64,000 bases of DNA from Octopus vulgaris (GCA_951406725.2 OX597833.1:34348001-34412000), one strand, 5' to 3'; positions 24,535 to 36,984 are shown, counted from the stretch's first letter. The notes: generated from the letters alone by a model not told the origin. Translations and numbers: made by a program.

Positions 24535-26754
24535 TCAGTTCTGTATATGAGTAACTTGATGGTTGGTTGGTGATTGATAATTTTCTGATTCAGATTCAGA
24601 AGTTGTAGAATTGTACTGAACAACTAAAAGAGAGGAACTGTTTGAAGAACCATGCTGTAATGCCTTTGATAAATGTGATTTAGTTGGTGATGATTGAAGA
24701 CAATTTCCATCAGTGACTTTTGTTGACAGTTTGTCTGTTTGACTTGCTGACCTTATGTCTGTTAACTTGGTATTGTTATTCTGGGTGTCATTTTTATGGT
24801 TGTAACACCTATTAGAAAGATCTTTATGCTTAACAGGAGCAAGCTGGGAGGAAGAATTACTTCTTTCTGATGATTTATTTTGAAGCAAAAAAAAGTCACT
24901 GTGTAATTTCCCTTTGGGTGTTGGCTGGTCATCTTCAGATTGATATTTATATTGACCTTCATGTTGATTTCTTTTAAAACCCATTGGGTTCTTTTCTAGT
25001 TGTTCCTGATTTAATGAATGTTTCCTCTGGGAATGATCACAAACAGGAACCTGAACCTGGCTTTCATTGGATGTCTCCTGAATGGGCAAAGCATGACAGT
25101 CACTCTCTGTCAATTCCTTCAAATGAGAAACCACTTCTGAGTGAGATATAGAGAGTTTGTTTAAACAGTCTTTTGCAGGAGTGGAATTATCATATGAGCG
25201 ATTGTATACTGTCAGGCTATTTTCCAGCATTAAGATTTCAGTGCTTTGTAAATTATTTGGTGATCTTAGGTGACTGACTGCCAATTTACCATTAGGAACT
25301 GTAGGGTCCCTTTCTGGTTTGCTTTCTGAATTCCCAGAATCATTTGGATCAATTTGATTTGTATAAATATTTTGCTGTGTTACAGGCAAAGATTTCATTT
25401 CCTTAATTGAATCCAGGAAAGAATGTTGAGAGTCATCTGTTGATTTACTTAAGTTGTTCCTACTGTCCCAGTTTAAATGCAAAATCCCTTCTGATGTATC
25501 ACCAGTTTTATTGTGGGTACTTCTTGAGTACTGACGTAATGTTTGGGGTGAAGGATCACAGTTTGGCACATATTCATCTGAGGGATATGTAATCTGATTT
25601 CTGTTATGGGGATTAAAATAACTGGACTGGCTAATTGGAAGGGAAGTTGACAACTCAGTTGGTTTTTCCTGGAGATAATTATTCTTTATGGACAGACTGT
25701 CTGTTAGAGTACAGTTGGTGCTGGTACACATAAAATTCAAGTTGGGTTGTTTACTTTTATGAGTTGTTGAAACTATTTCTCTCGATGATGTTACTGTTTG
25801 ATGACTTGAAGTCAATTGATTAAATAATGGATAGAAATTTGGTTGGTAACCATCTAAAGAATTTGAAGAGTTATCTCTCTTAGAATTCTCTTGGAATTGT
25901 TGATATCTGTTCAAAATGTACTGGTTATTATTAACAATACCAGCAGACAACTTACTGTCATGTTTGTTACGCATATGCTGGTTCAGATGACTACACTGTG
26001 CAAAATCACGGTTACACAATGAGCAGTGATATGGCTTTTCGCCTGTATGAGTTCTCATGTGCTGGGCTAAGTTACTTGATTGCGTGAATTCCTTCAAGCA
26101 TGTATAGCATTTGTAAGGTTTTTCCCCAGTGTGTCGACGTACATGCTGATTCAAGTGGCTTGCTTGTGCAAAGCTTTTGTTGCAATGTGGACAAATAAAT
26201 AGCTTGATACCAGTATGTGTCAAAGTGTGTTGGTTGAGTGTTGAGCGTTGGGCAAAATCCTTATCACAGAACGAACATTTGTATGGCCGCTCTCCTGTAT
26301 GAGTACGCAAGTGCTGCTGTAAATGAGAAGACTGAGTAAAGTCCTTATTACATAGCTTGCATTTGTAGGGTTTCTCACCCGTGTGCAGTCGCATATGCTG
26401 TAGGAGGGTACTTTGTTGTGCAAAACTTCTCTGACATACTTTACACTGAAATGGTTTGACTGGACTGTGAATATTTTGATGGGTCTTCAGATTGCCAAGT
26501 TGTGAGAAGGATTTCTTACAGTCTGGACACTTGAAACACTTAGTGGCGCAAAGCTTCTTTTCGGAGATAGCACCAGCTGGTAAACTGACCACTGTTGAAG
26601 ACAGTGAAGGCTTTACAGAAGCAGAATAAGGGTGAGGATAATGTGCTACAGTGACCTCGGAAGAAACAGCCGCTGCATGGATTTCTTCAAGACACTCAAT
26701 TTCATTCTCTTTCAACAAGGCCAGCATATCTTTGGCATTGTAAAATTCTGACAT
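24535..26754 (-). CDS. C2H2 zinc-finger transcription factor, 739 aa, 7 tandem fingers plus a long S/N/Q-rich C-terminus
   Basis: Uninterrupted ORF; seven CxxC-x12-Hx3(4)H fingers (aa ~74-266) with TGEKP-type linkers. Confidence 0.95.
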   Translation of the reverse strand: MSEFYNAKDMLALLKENEIECLEEIHAAAVSSEVTVAHYPHPYSASVKPSLSSTVVSLPAGAISEKKLCATKCFKCPDCKKSFSQLGNLKTHQNIHSPVKPFQCKVCQRSFAQQSTLLQHMRLHTGEKPYKCKLCNKDFTQSSHLQQHLRTHTGERPYKCSFCDKDFAQRSTLNQHTLTHTGIKLFICPHCNKSFAQASHLNQHVRRHTGEKPYKCYTCLKEFTQSSNLAQHMRTHTGEKPYHCSLCNRDFAQCSHLNQHMRNKHDSKLSAGIVNNNQYILNRYQQFQENSKRDNSSNSLDGYQPNFYPLFNQLTSSHQTVTSSREIVSTTHKSKQPNLNFMCTSTNCTLTDSLSIKNNYLQEKPTELSTSLPISQSSYFNPHNRNQITYPSDEYVPNCDPSPQTLRQYSRSTHNKTGDTSEGILHLNWDSRNNLSKSTDDSQHSFLDSIKEMKSLPVTQQNIYTNQIDPNDSGNSESKPERDPTVPNGKLAVSHLRSPNNLQSTEILMLENSLTVYNRSYDNSTPAKDCLNKLSISHSEVVSHLKELTESDCHALPIQETSNESQVQVPVCDHSQRKHSLNQEQLEKNPMGFKRNQHEGQYKYQSEDDQPTPKGKLHSDFFLLQNKSSERSNSSSQLAPVKHKDLSNRCYNHKNDTQNNNTKLTDIRSASQTDKLSTKVTDGNCLQSSPTKSHLSKALQHGSSNSSSLLVVQYNSTTSESESENYQSPTNHQVTHIQN

Positions 26755-27270
26755 AGAATATTTGATGGAATCAAAAATTATTAACGAAATAAATTCATTT
26801 TTTTATCATATTTCCTAAGTTGTTTTTCATAATTTTTTCTTCTTTTAGATTTGGTACAAAACTCACAGGAACAAACAAAAACAATAAAAACTAATAATCT
26901 AGATTATTAATCAGTAATTAATAATTAACTGACATTCATAATCAAAACAATGACATTTGATTTTGTTTATAAAAAGTAAGGAACTAGCAGTTTTTTTTAA
27001 ATTTTGAAGTGAATGAGTCTTCTTCCTCAAATGGTGTTAGGAATAAATGTCAGACATCTCATTAATTTTCATTCTCACTAATTTTCATTTCATTAATTGG
27101 TCATCTCATTAATTTTCATTCAGCTTGAAATAATCCACCTTAGTTTTTCAAATGTTGTGTGCTGGTTGCAGAAATTAAGTTATATCAAAATTTGCTGGAA
27201 TATATGGAATCTCCTGGTTATGAGAAATTGCTCTTCTTGGTTTTCCCTCTTTTTCATGACAAAATGTTCT

Positions 27271-27296
27271 CTAATAAATGAAAGAAAAAAAAAGAG
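27271..27296 (-). other. Candidate splice acceptor for the ZF coding exon (exon would start at 27270)
   Basis: Minus strand CTCTTTTTTTTTCTTTCATTTATTAG|AGAAC. Confidence 0.5.
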
Positions 27297-28798
27297 CATG
27301 TAATGCAGCAAATGTACATATTCACACAAACTTCTGTATGTGTATGGATGTAGCATCTGTGTACACACACTCACACACACACACACACACACAGCAGGTT
27401 TTTATACAATGTCTACCAAATTCCATTCTCAAGGGTATTTGGCAGGCCTGAGACACTTGCATAAAGTGCTATGCAGTGAGATGGCAGCTGAAACCATGCA
27501 AATGTAAAGCCAATTGCTTAACCTCACAGCTATGTCTGGTCCTATATAACCATGCCTACATATTTATCCTGTTAGTGTTTGAATAAGCTTCAACATGTGA
27601 AAGCTTTCAGTTCATATGAGTTTAGAATGATCTTTATGCAGTACATTAATGGAATGTTTGCAGCAATTCATGTTTAATGGCTGGATGAAAATTTCCAGTG
27701 TTTGGAATAAACAAAATAGTTTTTTCTCTTGTATACATTCATCAGGCTGCAAAAGGAAAACAAACAACAACAACAATGCCTGCAAGCCATTTTTAAGAAT
27801 TTGCAATAACATATAGTATTAAGGTGATTAACCCATTAGAGTTTAATCCAGCCATATCTGGCCAAATATTTTGCCTGTTTTATGTTAAAACTGACCAGAT
27901 CCAAACTCTCACACATACCTTACAATGGTGGTGGTGTAGATGATGATGATGATCATGGTGGAAGAAATGTGAGTGATGGAGATGATTGTGATGATTGTGC
28001 TAAGATAGTAATAGGAGATGAAGATGGTGGGATGGGTGGAGGTTGGAGTGGTTGTGTTAGTGAAACCTATGGTGAAGATGATAATGCTGATGGTGGTGAT
28101 GAAAAAAGTCATAACAAAGAAAGCAATAGATATTCTCTTAGATTTAGAAGGTCCTCAGCAAAAAGTGCATATGAGCGATAAGTTATTTGTATAGTATCAC
28201 TGGATTTATATAAGTCCACACAAAACATACAATCATAAATACATGAACACACACACATATCTGCATACATGCATACATACATGCATTCATGCACACACAC
28301 ACACACACATACACACACAAACAGACATGGCAAGTATACAAGGGTGGATAAACATACATATACATGTAAAATACATTTAAAGGATGAATAATACACAGAG
28401 AAATAAATGTAAGTGGAAAGGATGTGTACAATTTTACAGGAGCCTCAGAAAGGTAAATACTAATATTAGTTCAAAAGAAGTATTTGTTTGAAGGAGCAGC
28501 TTTATGCCATCCACTGGATTGGCTTAAATAAACCTTCTTTCTCTCTTTATATATTTATACATACGTACATACATACATACATACATACATATATTTATAC
28601 ATACATACATACATACATATATATATATATATAAATTTATAAGTATAAATTAATAATTAAAAAATTTTTTTAAATTTTAACTTTAAATTTAAATAATTTA
28701 AATTATGAATTTTATATATTATATTAATTAATTTTATTTCTATATATTGGTTTATGTTTTTCACTGTTTGATTTGCCTAATAGTGGTTTTATCTCTAA

Positions 28799-28829
<31 letters not shown>

Positions 28830-28904
28830 GCATGGAAAGCGGACGCTAAACGATGATGATGATGATGATTATGATGTTTTCATTTTTTATCTTTTTACTT
28901 GTTT

Positions 28905-29100
28905 CAGTCTGTTTTCATTCCTCCACTTCACTCTCTATCTCATACCTTCTCTAGAATAACTATTGCTTAACCATCTTCTCACTCCGTCTCCGATGAAGGG
29001 ATATATAAAATATAATGGAAACAGCTGTAAGACCTTCTATTTATAAATGTTCTGAAATATTTCACAGCCTTGGATTTTTATCTCATTCTGTTAATTTTTT
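28905..29100 (+). mobile_element. Penelope-type terminal repeat with minimal hammerhead motif (28986-29033)
   Basis: GTCT CCGATGA..GAAAC AGCT GTA AGAC; near-identical inverted copy at 36745-36945. Confidence 0.65.
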
Positions 29101-29409
29101 ATATATATACATGCTAATATATGGCCTACGCTGGACTTCTCATTCGCATAATCACCGAACCTGGAGCTTAACTATAGTCTGTCCATAGCACTTATTCAGC
29201 CTTACCTAACACATTTGGGTCTTCTTGACACCATTACCTCTCATAGCCTATATATATATATGCATATATACGTACATACTTACCTATATGTATATACATA
29301 TGCATATATGGGTATAGAAACGAATGGAAAACAAGACATTTGTTTCTTTCATTGTTCTCAAAAAAAGTTTGTATTCCATGTTTTCGTATTTCATGTTGTT
29401 TACATTCTA

Positions 29410-30519
29410 CTTGTCCGTGATGGAAAATATTCTTCCAGAACTGTTCTGACCTCATCTACAGAATTCATATTTTTTCTATCTAAATGATTTTGAAAACTGC
29501 AGAATAAATGATCATCAGATGAGGCAATGTCCGGCAAATGTGCTGGGTGGGTCATCGCTTCCCTTTCAAACTACTCCAGCCTTTGGAATGTCATCCTTGC
29601 TGTATATGGCTGAGCATTATCCTGATGGAAGAACACCGTTCGTCTTGAAACCAAAGATGGTCGTTTTTCTTCTAGTGCTGACTTAAGCTGCTCAAGCTGC
29701 TTGCAGTAGATCTCCTTTGTTATCGTTTGGTTTGGGTTTAAAAGTTCAAAGTGGACTAAACTTTTCATCTCCCACCAAACAGATAACAACACCTTATGTG
29801 AGTGAAAACCTTCTTTAGCCTGGGGTGCCGGTGTTTCTCCTTTCCCTACCCACTGTCTTCGGCACTTGACCTTTTTATAGAGAACCCATTTCTTGTCACC
29901 AGTCACTATTCAGTCCAAAAAAGTTTCATTCATGAGACATGACAGCAAAGAGCACACATTCACTCCCTGCGTATGATTACACTTGGAAAGTTTGGAGGAA
30001 CCCATTGATCAAATTTGCTGAGTTTTCCAATGGCACGCAGGTGTGAATGAATGGTTGAATGACCAAATCCAGGCTTCTCTGCTAGTTCCTCAACAGTTAC
30101 AATGGGATTTTGTTCCACCAGGGTTTTCAGGACGTCCTTGTCGAGCTCTATAGATCTTCCAAGACAAAGCTTGTCTTCTAGGCTGTTTTTTCTGGCTCAG
30201 AATTTCTGGAACCACCGTTGACACAGGCTTACACTTATTGTCTGATCTCCATATACTGCATTAATATTCCTTGCATTTTCCATTATATTGTTGCCTTTAT
30301 TGAACTCATAAAGCAAAATATGCTCCTTTGTCACTTTCATTTTAGCTTTGAAAAAATAATTGTTAAAATCGAACTGCACTCTTCAAAACATGCACTAAGA
30401 ATAAGAAAAAGGGAAAATGACCACCTGCTTTTATAGCAAGCTGGTGCAGGTAATTTATCCTGTCCCCCTCCATCTTTTAGTTCATTCTATTGAAAAATCT
30501 GCATTATTTATGGGATGAC

Positions 30520-30523
<4 letters not shown>
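29410..30523 (-). mobile_element. Mariner (DD34D) transposon, defective, 3' truncated
   Basis: TGDKKWVLY...KVLLSVWW...FHQDNAQPY motifs; HTH N-terminus; 5' TIR TTGGGTCATCCCATAAATAATGC next to TA. Confidence 0.9.
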
Positions 30524-30554
<31 letters not shown>

Positions 30555-30557
<3 letters not shown>

Positions 30558-31440
30558 TCAATGACCAGTCATAGAGAAACCAATGGTTTTGCATCCACAA
30601 AGGGCTTAGCCCTGTGAATGTCTCATCAGACTCTAAAGCCAAAGACAAATATAACTCTTCACCTCTGGGAGGCAGGAATCAGTTACAGTCATTTGGTCAG
30701 TAAGTCACCAAAGAATTAATAGTCCATTAATTAATAGTTATCACCCTTAGGCCAGTTTTTGTGGGCCAAAGAGAGGGAATGGGATTTTTCTCTTGGACTG
30801 CTTTTAGATTGTAAGGGCCTTTCTGAGTCTAATCAGAGAATGGGGAATCCCATACTTGCAGCAGGTAGCATTTGAAATGGATGCAAAACCTGTAAATTTC
30901 CTGGTGAGTATTCAGTGATCCAGGTTTTTTTGGGAGTCTTTGAGTATCCTTGCTCTCTCGGCTATACAAAGCCTGCAGTGTTTGCTCCTTTTAATGTAGG
31001 GTCCAGCTGGTCTAAGATCTTCCACTTGATATTGTATGGGTCCCTTCATCTTTGAGGTGTCACACATGGATGGCTAGGGATGTGACGAATTGTCTTTCTG
31101 GATGTCTGAAAGAAGACATGTGGTTGAAGGCTTTCCTGGCTGACCTGATATTTTTCCAGGCTTGAGTGTTGGTTGTGTTCACATTACTGGCACGCCATCA
31201 GTTGGTTCTAGGCCTGGAGATGTTGTTGTTGCCACCAGTGTTGTTGGGGTTGCCATCGGTGCTGTTATCATTACAAAATATGGGTCTGTCAATATTGCTG
31301 CAGCAGCTGTTACAGTTGTGGTGGACATCTCTGGGCATGATGTTGGTGCAACTGTTGCTAATGGTGATGTAGGTGCAGTTGTTGGTAATATTGGGTGTGG
31401 GGTCAGTAGCCTCCCACACACTTTCTACTCTTACTTGCTC
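30555..31440 (-). mobile_element. Penelope-like element 3' fragment (endonuclease C-terminus plus hammerhead-bearing repeat)
   Basis: Minus frame FNHMSSFRHPERQFVTSLAIHV...YNIKWKIL, like PLE GIY-YIG C-termini; CTGATGAG stem-loop at 30574-30633. Confidence 0.65.
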
Positions 31441-32245
31441 TTATAATATAGGATATCTCTGGACCTCAAGTACACAATCCACCTCATCATCCTTACTACT
31501 CTGTCCCTCCCATTTTCATTACCCACTGTTACCAATTTTTCCCCTTTTCTTTCAATACTCACTTCCCCAATAATGATTACTCTATTTCTCTCTCCACTAC
31601 TACCATCTCACAACTATAAAAATGTTCTTCTCATCATATTTCATCCGCCCTCATCATTTTCCCTAAAATCATCACACACACACAAACACACACTCTCTCT
31701 CTCTCTTTCTCTCTCTCTCCATCTCTCTCTTCTCTCTTTTTCCTTTCCCACTTTCTATCTCATATTCTTCTTCAATTGGGGTCCCTTTTATAGGGAGTCT
31801 TGCAAGTAACAAGGAGACCCCATTTGCACAGGGGCCATGAAGAAAGCACCAAGTACATTCTGTAAAATAGCTGGCATTAGGAAAAGCATCCAGCCATAGG
31901 AACCAAGCTAAAACAGACACTGAAGTTCAACACAGTCTTCTGTCTCATCAGATCCAGTTGAACATGGACAGCAGACATTAAGATACAGGCTATTTTTATT
32001 ACATAAGATACAGGCTATTTTAACGACATACTATTACATAATGTACTAATGTAATATTTAGTAACTACATTTTGGTCTAACTTCACTTACTTGTAGCATC
32101 ACTGGCTTTGTTCTTCATAAGTACTAAACATTTGATGAAGGCGAAAACTGAAGACCAATGTGCTCTGAAATATAAAGAATAATGACAAAGATATCGTGAA
32201 ATATTATTTTAACAGGGAAGATTTAATATTATTTATACTTGAATA

Positions 32246-33052
32246 TCTCTCTATATATAAATGGCAGTTTGTCTGTCTGTGTGTCTGTGTGTCTGTCAGG
32301 TTGTGCCCTCATCCTGACCACGGCTTTCAACCGATTCTGATGAAACTTGACACACACGTAGCCCAATGTCATAATTCAAAACTAACGCAACGAAAATTTT
32401 GAAAAGTTCCCCCAGTTCTGAAAAAAAATCGATAAATTCGACATGGGTCGAGAATCTAAGCTTTTTATATGCAACACATTTTCTACGGACTGTCTAGGGG
32501 ACGCAACTCGACCTTTTTAACTCTCAGAACACGTGGGGTAAGTATCCCAAAATGTATAAAAATGTACAAAAACGGCAAAAAAGCGGGCAGCAATGTGAGT
32601 GACAACAAAGAAAAAGTCAAAAGTGACCAAACTGAACAAACGAATGGAAAAGGTTTTTTGATGCACACGACAAAAGCGGTTTATAATAAACCAAGAGTTT
32701 GCAAGTAGCGTCCGAGGACCCTTAGGGTACGTCAAAAATTTAAGGTAAAACGTTTGGGGTGATAGTTATAAAGAAAGTGTAAACAAAAAAAGTATTCGAA
32801 TAACTTGCGGCTGCAGCAGCTATTAGCAGAAGTGGCAGTGTTGGGGGTAAAGTCTCAAATGTATTTTCTTCCTGGTAGGAATTGGTTGGGTTGAATTATT
32901 GATAGCTGTTTGATAGTTATTTGGGAGTGAAGAGAAGACATTGCAACCTACACATGCGCCTTCGTTCCCTAGAGGGAAAGGACTAGATTGGGATTAGTCG
33001 TTGCCTACTAGGGGCTCTTACATACCCGGGCAGCGCCGGGCTATGCTGCTAG
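32246..33052 (+). mobile_element. Non-autonomous Helitron
   Basis: A|TCTCTCTATATATAAA..(GTCT)n 5' end; CCCGGGCAGCGCCGGG hairpin then CTAG|T; CpG-rich, so probably young. Confidence 0.8.
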
Positions 33053-33130
33053 TGTATATATAAAACAAAACAGGAAACTGGAAATATTTTGTGTTATTCA
33101 CCATTACATGTGATTTATTTGCTTATAGGA

Positions 33131-33161
<31 letters not shown>

Positions 33162-33289
33162 TGTATGTATGTATGTATGTATGTATGTATGCATGTGTGT
33201 ATGTGTGTAAGTGTGTATGTATATGTATAAATTATAGCTAACATTGAAATCCTGTGCTTATTATGTATCATGTTACTAATTGGTAAAAT

Positions 33290-33848
33290 CAGTGATTGAT
33301 ACTTCTTGATGAAACTATCTTCATCCATACACATAACCTGACCAAACCAGCACAGCCTTCCCTTCTGCACATTATATCTGATCCTCTTATGCTTGATTTT
33401 CCTCTCAATGCATTTGCACTTTGTCGTACATGCTCATAGACATTGCACATCCTGTGGAAGATGGTCGCTACATTTCTTTCTAGCCTTTGCATGTCCTCTG
33501 CATTCAAGGTCCATGTTTCACCATCATGTACATTACTGTTTATGCACAATTATAAGAGGTGCTGTGGAATCACAGGAAAGGTAACTGAGAAAGTTGACTC
33601 TGTGTGTGGTAGATGCACAAGAACAATAAATGTTAAGAACACACAAAGAAGAGATTTCCTTGAATACTCAAGTGGATCCTTGGAGGGATTAGATAGTTTC
33701 TGTTACCTAGACAACCTAATTAGCAGTGGTGGAGGAGGCTCTAAAAGCATACTCATTAAAATAAGAACCAGCTGGAGAAAGTTCAGAGAGCTATTACCTC
33801 TGTTGGTAGTTAGAGGCCTCTCTCTCAGAGTATAAATCAGATTGTAAG
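33290..33848. mobile_element. RTE LINE 3' fragment with internal inversion
   Basis: Plus 33545-33848 encodes LDSFCYLDNLIS...WRKFRELLPLL..GLSLRV; minus 33545-33290 encodes the following GETWTLNAEDMQRLERN. Confidence 0.75.
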
Positions 33849-33989
33849 TATCATACAATATGGAAACAAGGATTAGAATATATGTATATTAGAATATATG
33901 TATATTAGAATATATGATTAGAATATATATATATATATAAATACATATACATATATATACACATATACATATATATATAAATATTCTAC

Positions 33990-35727
33990 CAACTACAGTA
34001 AAGACTTTAGAACCCAGAGAAATAACAGTAAAACTGAGCAATCTCACCAACATAAGAAAAGCCAGAGTATGAAGCAACATGAACGCCCATTCTGCCAGGA
34101 GTTAAAGAGGAACTACAGTAAGAACTCTTCCCTTTTTGTATGCAAACACCCTAATGTACACATTATAAACAAAAAACATGAACAAAATAGATATTCCTCT
34201 GATCAGACCATTAGATGTAGAACCAACAGATCATTTTCAAAGCCTCAACAAAGACTACCTACAAAAAACTGGGCAAAAAACCAACCTAGAACCGGAAACA
34301 ATACTAGACCATCCTCTCAGATCATTAAAATCAATGCTAACAAATTGAAGAGGAAGATGTATAATTCCGAAAATAGGATGGAAAACATAACAAAACCAGG
34401 TAAAATAACACAACCAAAACAGAAACTTCAAGACAACACCAACAAAAATAGAAACCACAAACAAAAAAATTCATTCGTCAGGACAAACACCGGAGAAAAA
34501 AACATTCCTAGAGGAAACATACCCAAAACAACTGGACATATAGATCCTAAGATAATTAATCTTTCCAAAAGAGATATTGACAATGATGAAACCCAACTCC
34601 TGTTAAAGGGCCTGAAATTTACACCTACACCAACAGTCAACCACCATGAACTAAAGGAAAATTCTGTCGCAGGTTATGACCTGTGGAATTCTTCACCACC
34701 AATAATAATAATAATGAAACTGAAGATTCCTTAGTGAGGCATATATCAAATTTCACCCCACCAAAAGGCAGAAATATCTACCTTGACCAATATATTGATG
34801 CCCTATCAAACTTTCCCCTAAAACAAAATACCAAAGTTAGGCCGAACATTAACAAATCAGAGATATCTGCACTTAAACGCATACAAAATGATGAAACAAT
34901 AATAATTAAACAAGCAGATAGAGGGGGTGCAATCGTTATCATGGATATGGAATACTACAAGGATTTGGTTGAGGACCAACTGAAAGATACAACCTTCTAT
35001 TATGAAATACCCTCGAATATAGACCACCACATCATGAAGAAGATCAACCACCTAATCTCAAAACACTACAACTCACTCATGGACAATGAAAGAGACTGCA
35101 TCACCAATTTCGAGCCAAAACCCAGCAACTTTTACGGCTTACCAAAAGAAGATATTCAACAGGCAGTAGAAGAACAAGGAAGGGAATATATAAAAGTGCT
35201 ATCTCCAAAAGATTTAAAACTTAGACCAATTATAGCTGGCCCAGCATGCCCTACCCACCATCTAAGCAATTTCATCGATATTATTTTAAAACCACTTTGT
35301 ACCTACATACCCAGCTTCATTCAGGATGACATCGATTTTCTATCCCATCTTCCCAAAACCACTGAAACAAATTCAATCCTACTAAGCTTTGATGTAGTAA
35401 ACCATTACACCAATATCCAACATGATTTAGGAATAAAGGCGATCAAATACTGGGTAGATAAACATAGAGAAGCAATTCCCAACAGATTCACAGTGACATT
35501 CATATTAGACTCAGTCAGACTTATTCTGGAAAACAACACTTTCTTCTTCAATGGAAAGAACTACATCCAGATTAAAGGCACGGCTATGGGAACGAGGTTT
35601 GCTCCTGTTTATGCGAACTCAGTGATGGGATACTTAGAGCAAAAACTCTACCAGGAAATAGAGGAGAGATACGGCACTGAATTTAGGAAGTATATTGAAA
35701 AAGCATGGAAGAGATACCTCGACGATT
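33990..35727 (+). mobile_element. Penelope-like retroelement ORF (RT), frameshifted and truncated at YLDD
   Basis: LLKGLKFTPTP, IKQADRGGAIVIMD, FYGLPK, RPIIAG, SFDVVNHYTNI, YIQIKGTAMGTRFAPVYAN, WKRYLDD. Confidence 0.92.
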
Positions 35728-35897
35728 ATCCATCACATTCTCACCTGGAATCGATTTTTGTAATTTTTAAAAGACTTATACATGCCCTGATACTGTCGGT
35801 ATCTACATATCAAATTTGAGCGCAATCAGATGGAGGATGCCCAAGATCCTAGAAGACACACACACACAGACAGACAGAACGGATTTTATATAATAGA
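35728..35897 (-). mobile_element. Helitron-like 5' end fragment
   Basis: Minus strand A|TCTATTATATAAAATCCGTTCTGTCTGTCTGTGTG, same architecture as the 32246 5' end. Confidence 0.6.
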
Positions 35898-35943
35898 TAA
35901 ATAATATGTAAATATATGCATATATACATATATATATATATAT

Positions 35944-36312
35944 AGGCGCAGGAGTGGCTGTGTGGTAAGTAGCTTGCTAACCAACCACGCGGTTGCGGGT
36001 TCAGTCCCACTGCGTGGCATCTTGGGCAAGTGTCTTCTGCTATAGCCCCGGGCCGACCAATGCCTTGTGAGTGGATTTGGTAGACGGAAACTGAAAGAAG
36101 CATGTCGTATATATGTATATATATGTATATGTGTGTGTGTTTGTGTGTCTGTGTTTGTCCCCCTAGCATTGCTTGACAACCGATGCTGGTGTGTTTACGT
36201 CCCCGTCACTTAGCGGTTCGGCAAAAAGAGACAGATAGAATAAGTACTAAAAGGTGGTGCTCCAGCATGGCCGCAGTCAGATGACTGAAACAAGTAAAAG
36301 AGTAAAAGAGTA
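35944..36312 (+). mobile_element. tRNA-derived SINE (family A), young copy
   Basis: GGCGCAGGAGTGGCTGTGTGG (A-box), GGGTTCAGTCCC (B-box), CTTGGGCAAGT core, CpGs retained, (GAGTAAAA)n tail. Confidence 0.85.
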
Positions 36313-36744
36313 AAGAGATATATATATATATGTACATACCTACATATATATATATATATATATACATGCACATATGGGTACAAGACATCAAAAAAACGAG
36401 ACAGAATGAGAAACGAGAACATAAAAAACAAAAACAGAAAAACTTTTTTTTGAACAAGGGAAAAACAGAGAAATGAGACATGCAACATAAAGAACATTCC
36501 CTTCATCAGTTTTCCCCTGTTTTATCTACTCTGTGTTTTGAAGGTAAGGACAAGATGCGACTTCATTAAAACACTCCTTCCCACAAAGCAAATTAAATAA
36601 AATTTGGGATTTTTTACAGAGGGTGAAAGTGGTAACAAAAACAGGACAGTGAGAACAAAACAGTAAAAACAAACAGTGAGGGCTGCTACACATACATACA
36701 TACACACATATATATATATACATACATATATATATACATGTATT

Positions 36745-36945
36745 TATAACAAAATTAACAGAATGAGATAAAAATCCAAGGCTGTGAAATATTTCAGAAC
36801 ATTTATAAATAGAAGGTCTTACAGCTGTTTCCGGGATATTTTATATATCCCTTCATCGGAGATGGTGTGAGAAAATGGTTAAGCAATAGTAATTCTAGAT
36901 AAGATTTAAAATAGAGAGTGAAATGGAGGAATGAAAATAGACATG
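36745..36945 (-). mobile_element. Penelope-type terminal repeat with minimal hammerhead motif (36816-36863)
   Basis: Minus strand TCT CCGATGA A GGGATAT-ATAAA-ATATCCC G GAAAC AGCT GTA AGA. Confidence 0.7.
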
Positions 36946-36984
36946 AGATATGCAGGGATATTGTATCTGTAGTTCCATTATTTT

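Noticed and set aside
27882-28181. Asp/Gly-rich 99-aa ORF
   Set aside because: Degenerate (GAT/GGT)n low-complexity tract following a transposon-like end; no domain or splice support
31162-31446. Val/Ala-rich and Thr-rich overlapping ORFs
   Set aside because: Low-complexity (ACA-rich) segment within the Penelope fragment
35944-36020. tRNA-like A/B boxes
   Set aside because: This is a SINE head continuing into a SINE body; no complete cloverleaf, so not a tRNA gene
36495-36512. Minus-strand CTGATGAAGGGAATG half-motif
   Set aside because: No complementary stem or GAAA downstream; cannot form a hammerhead here
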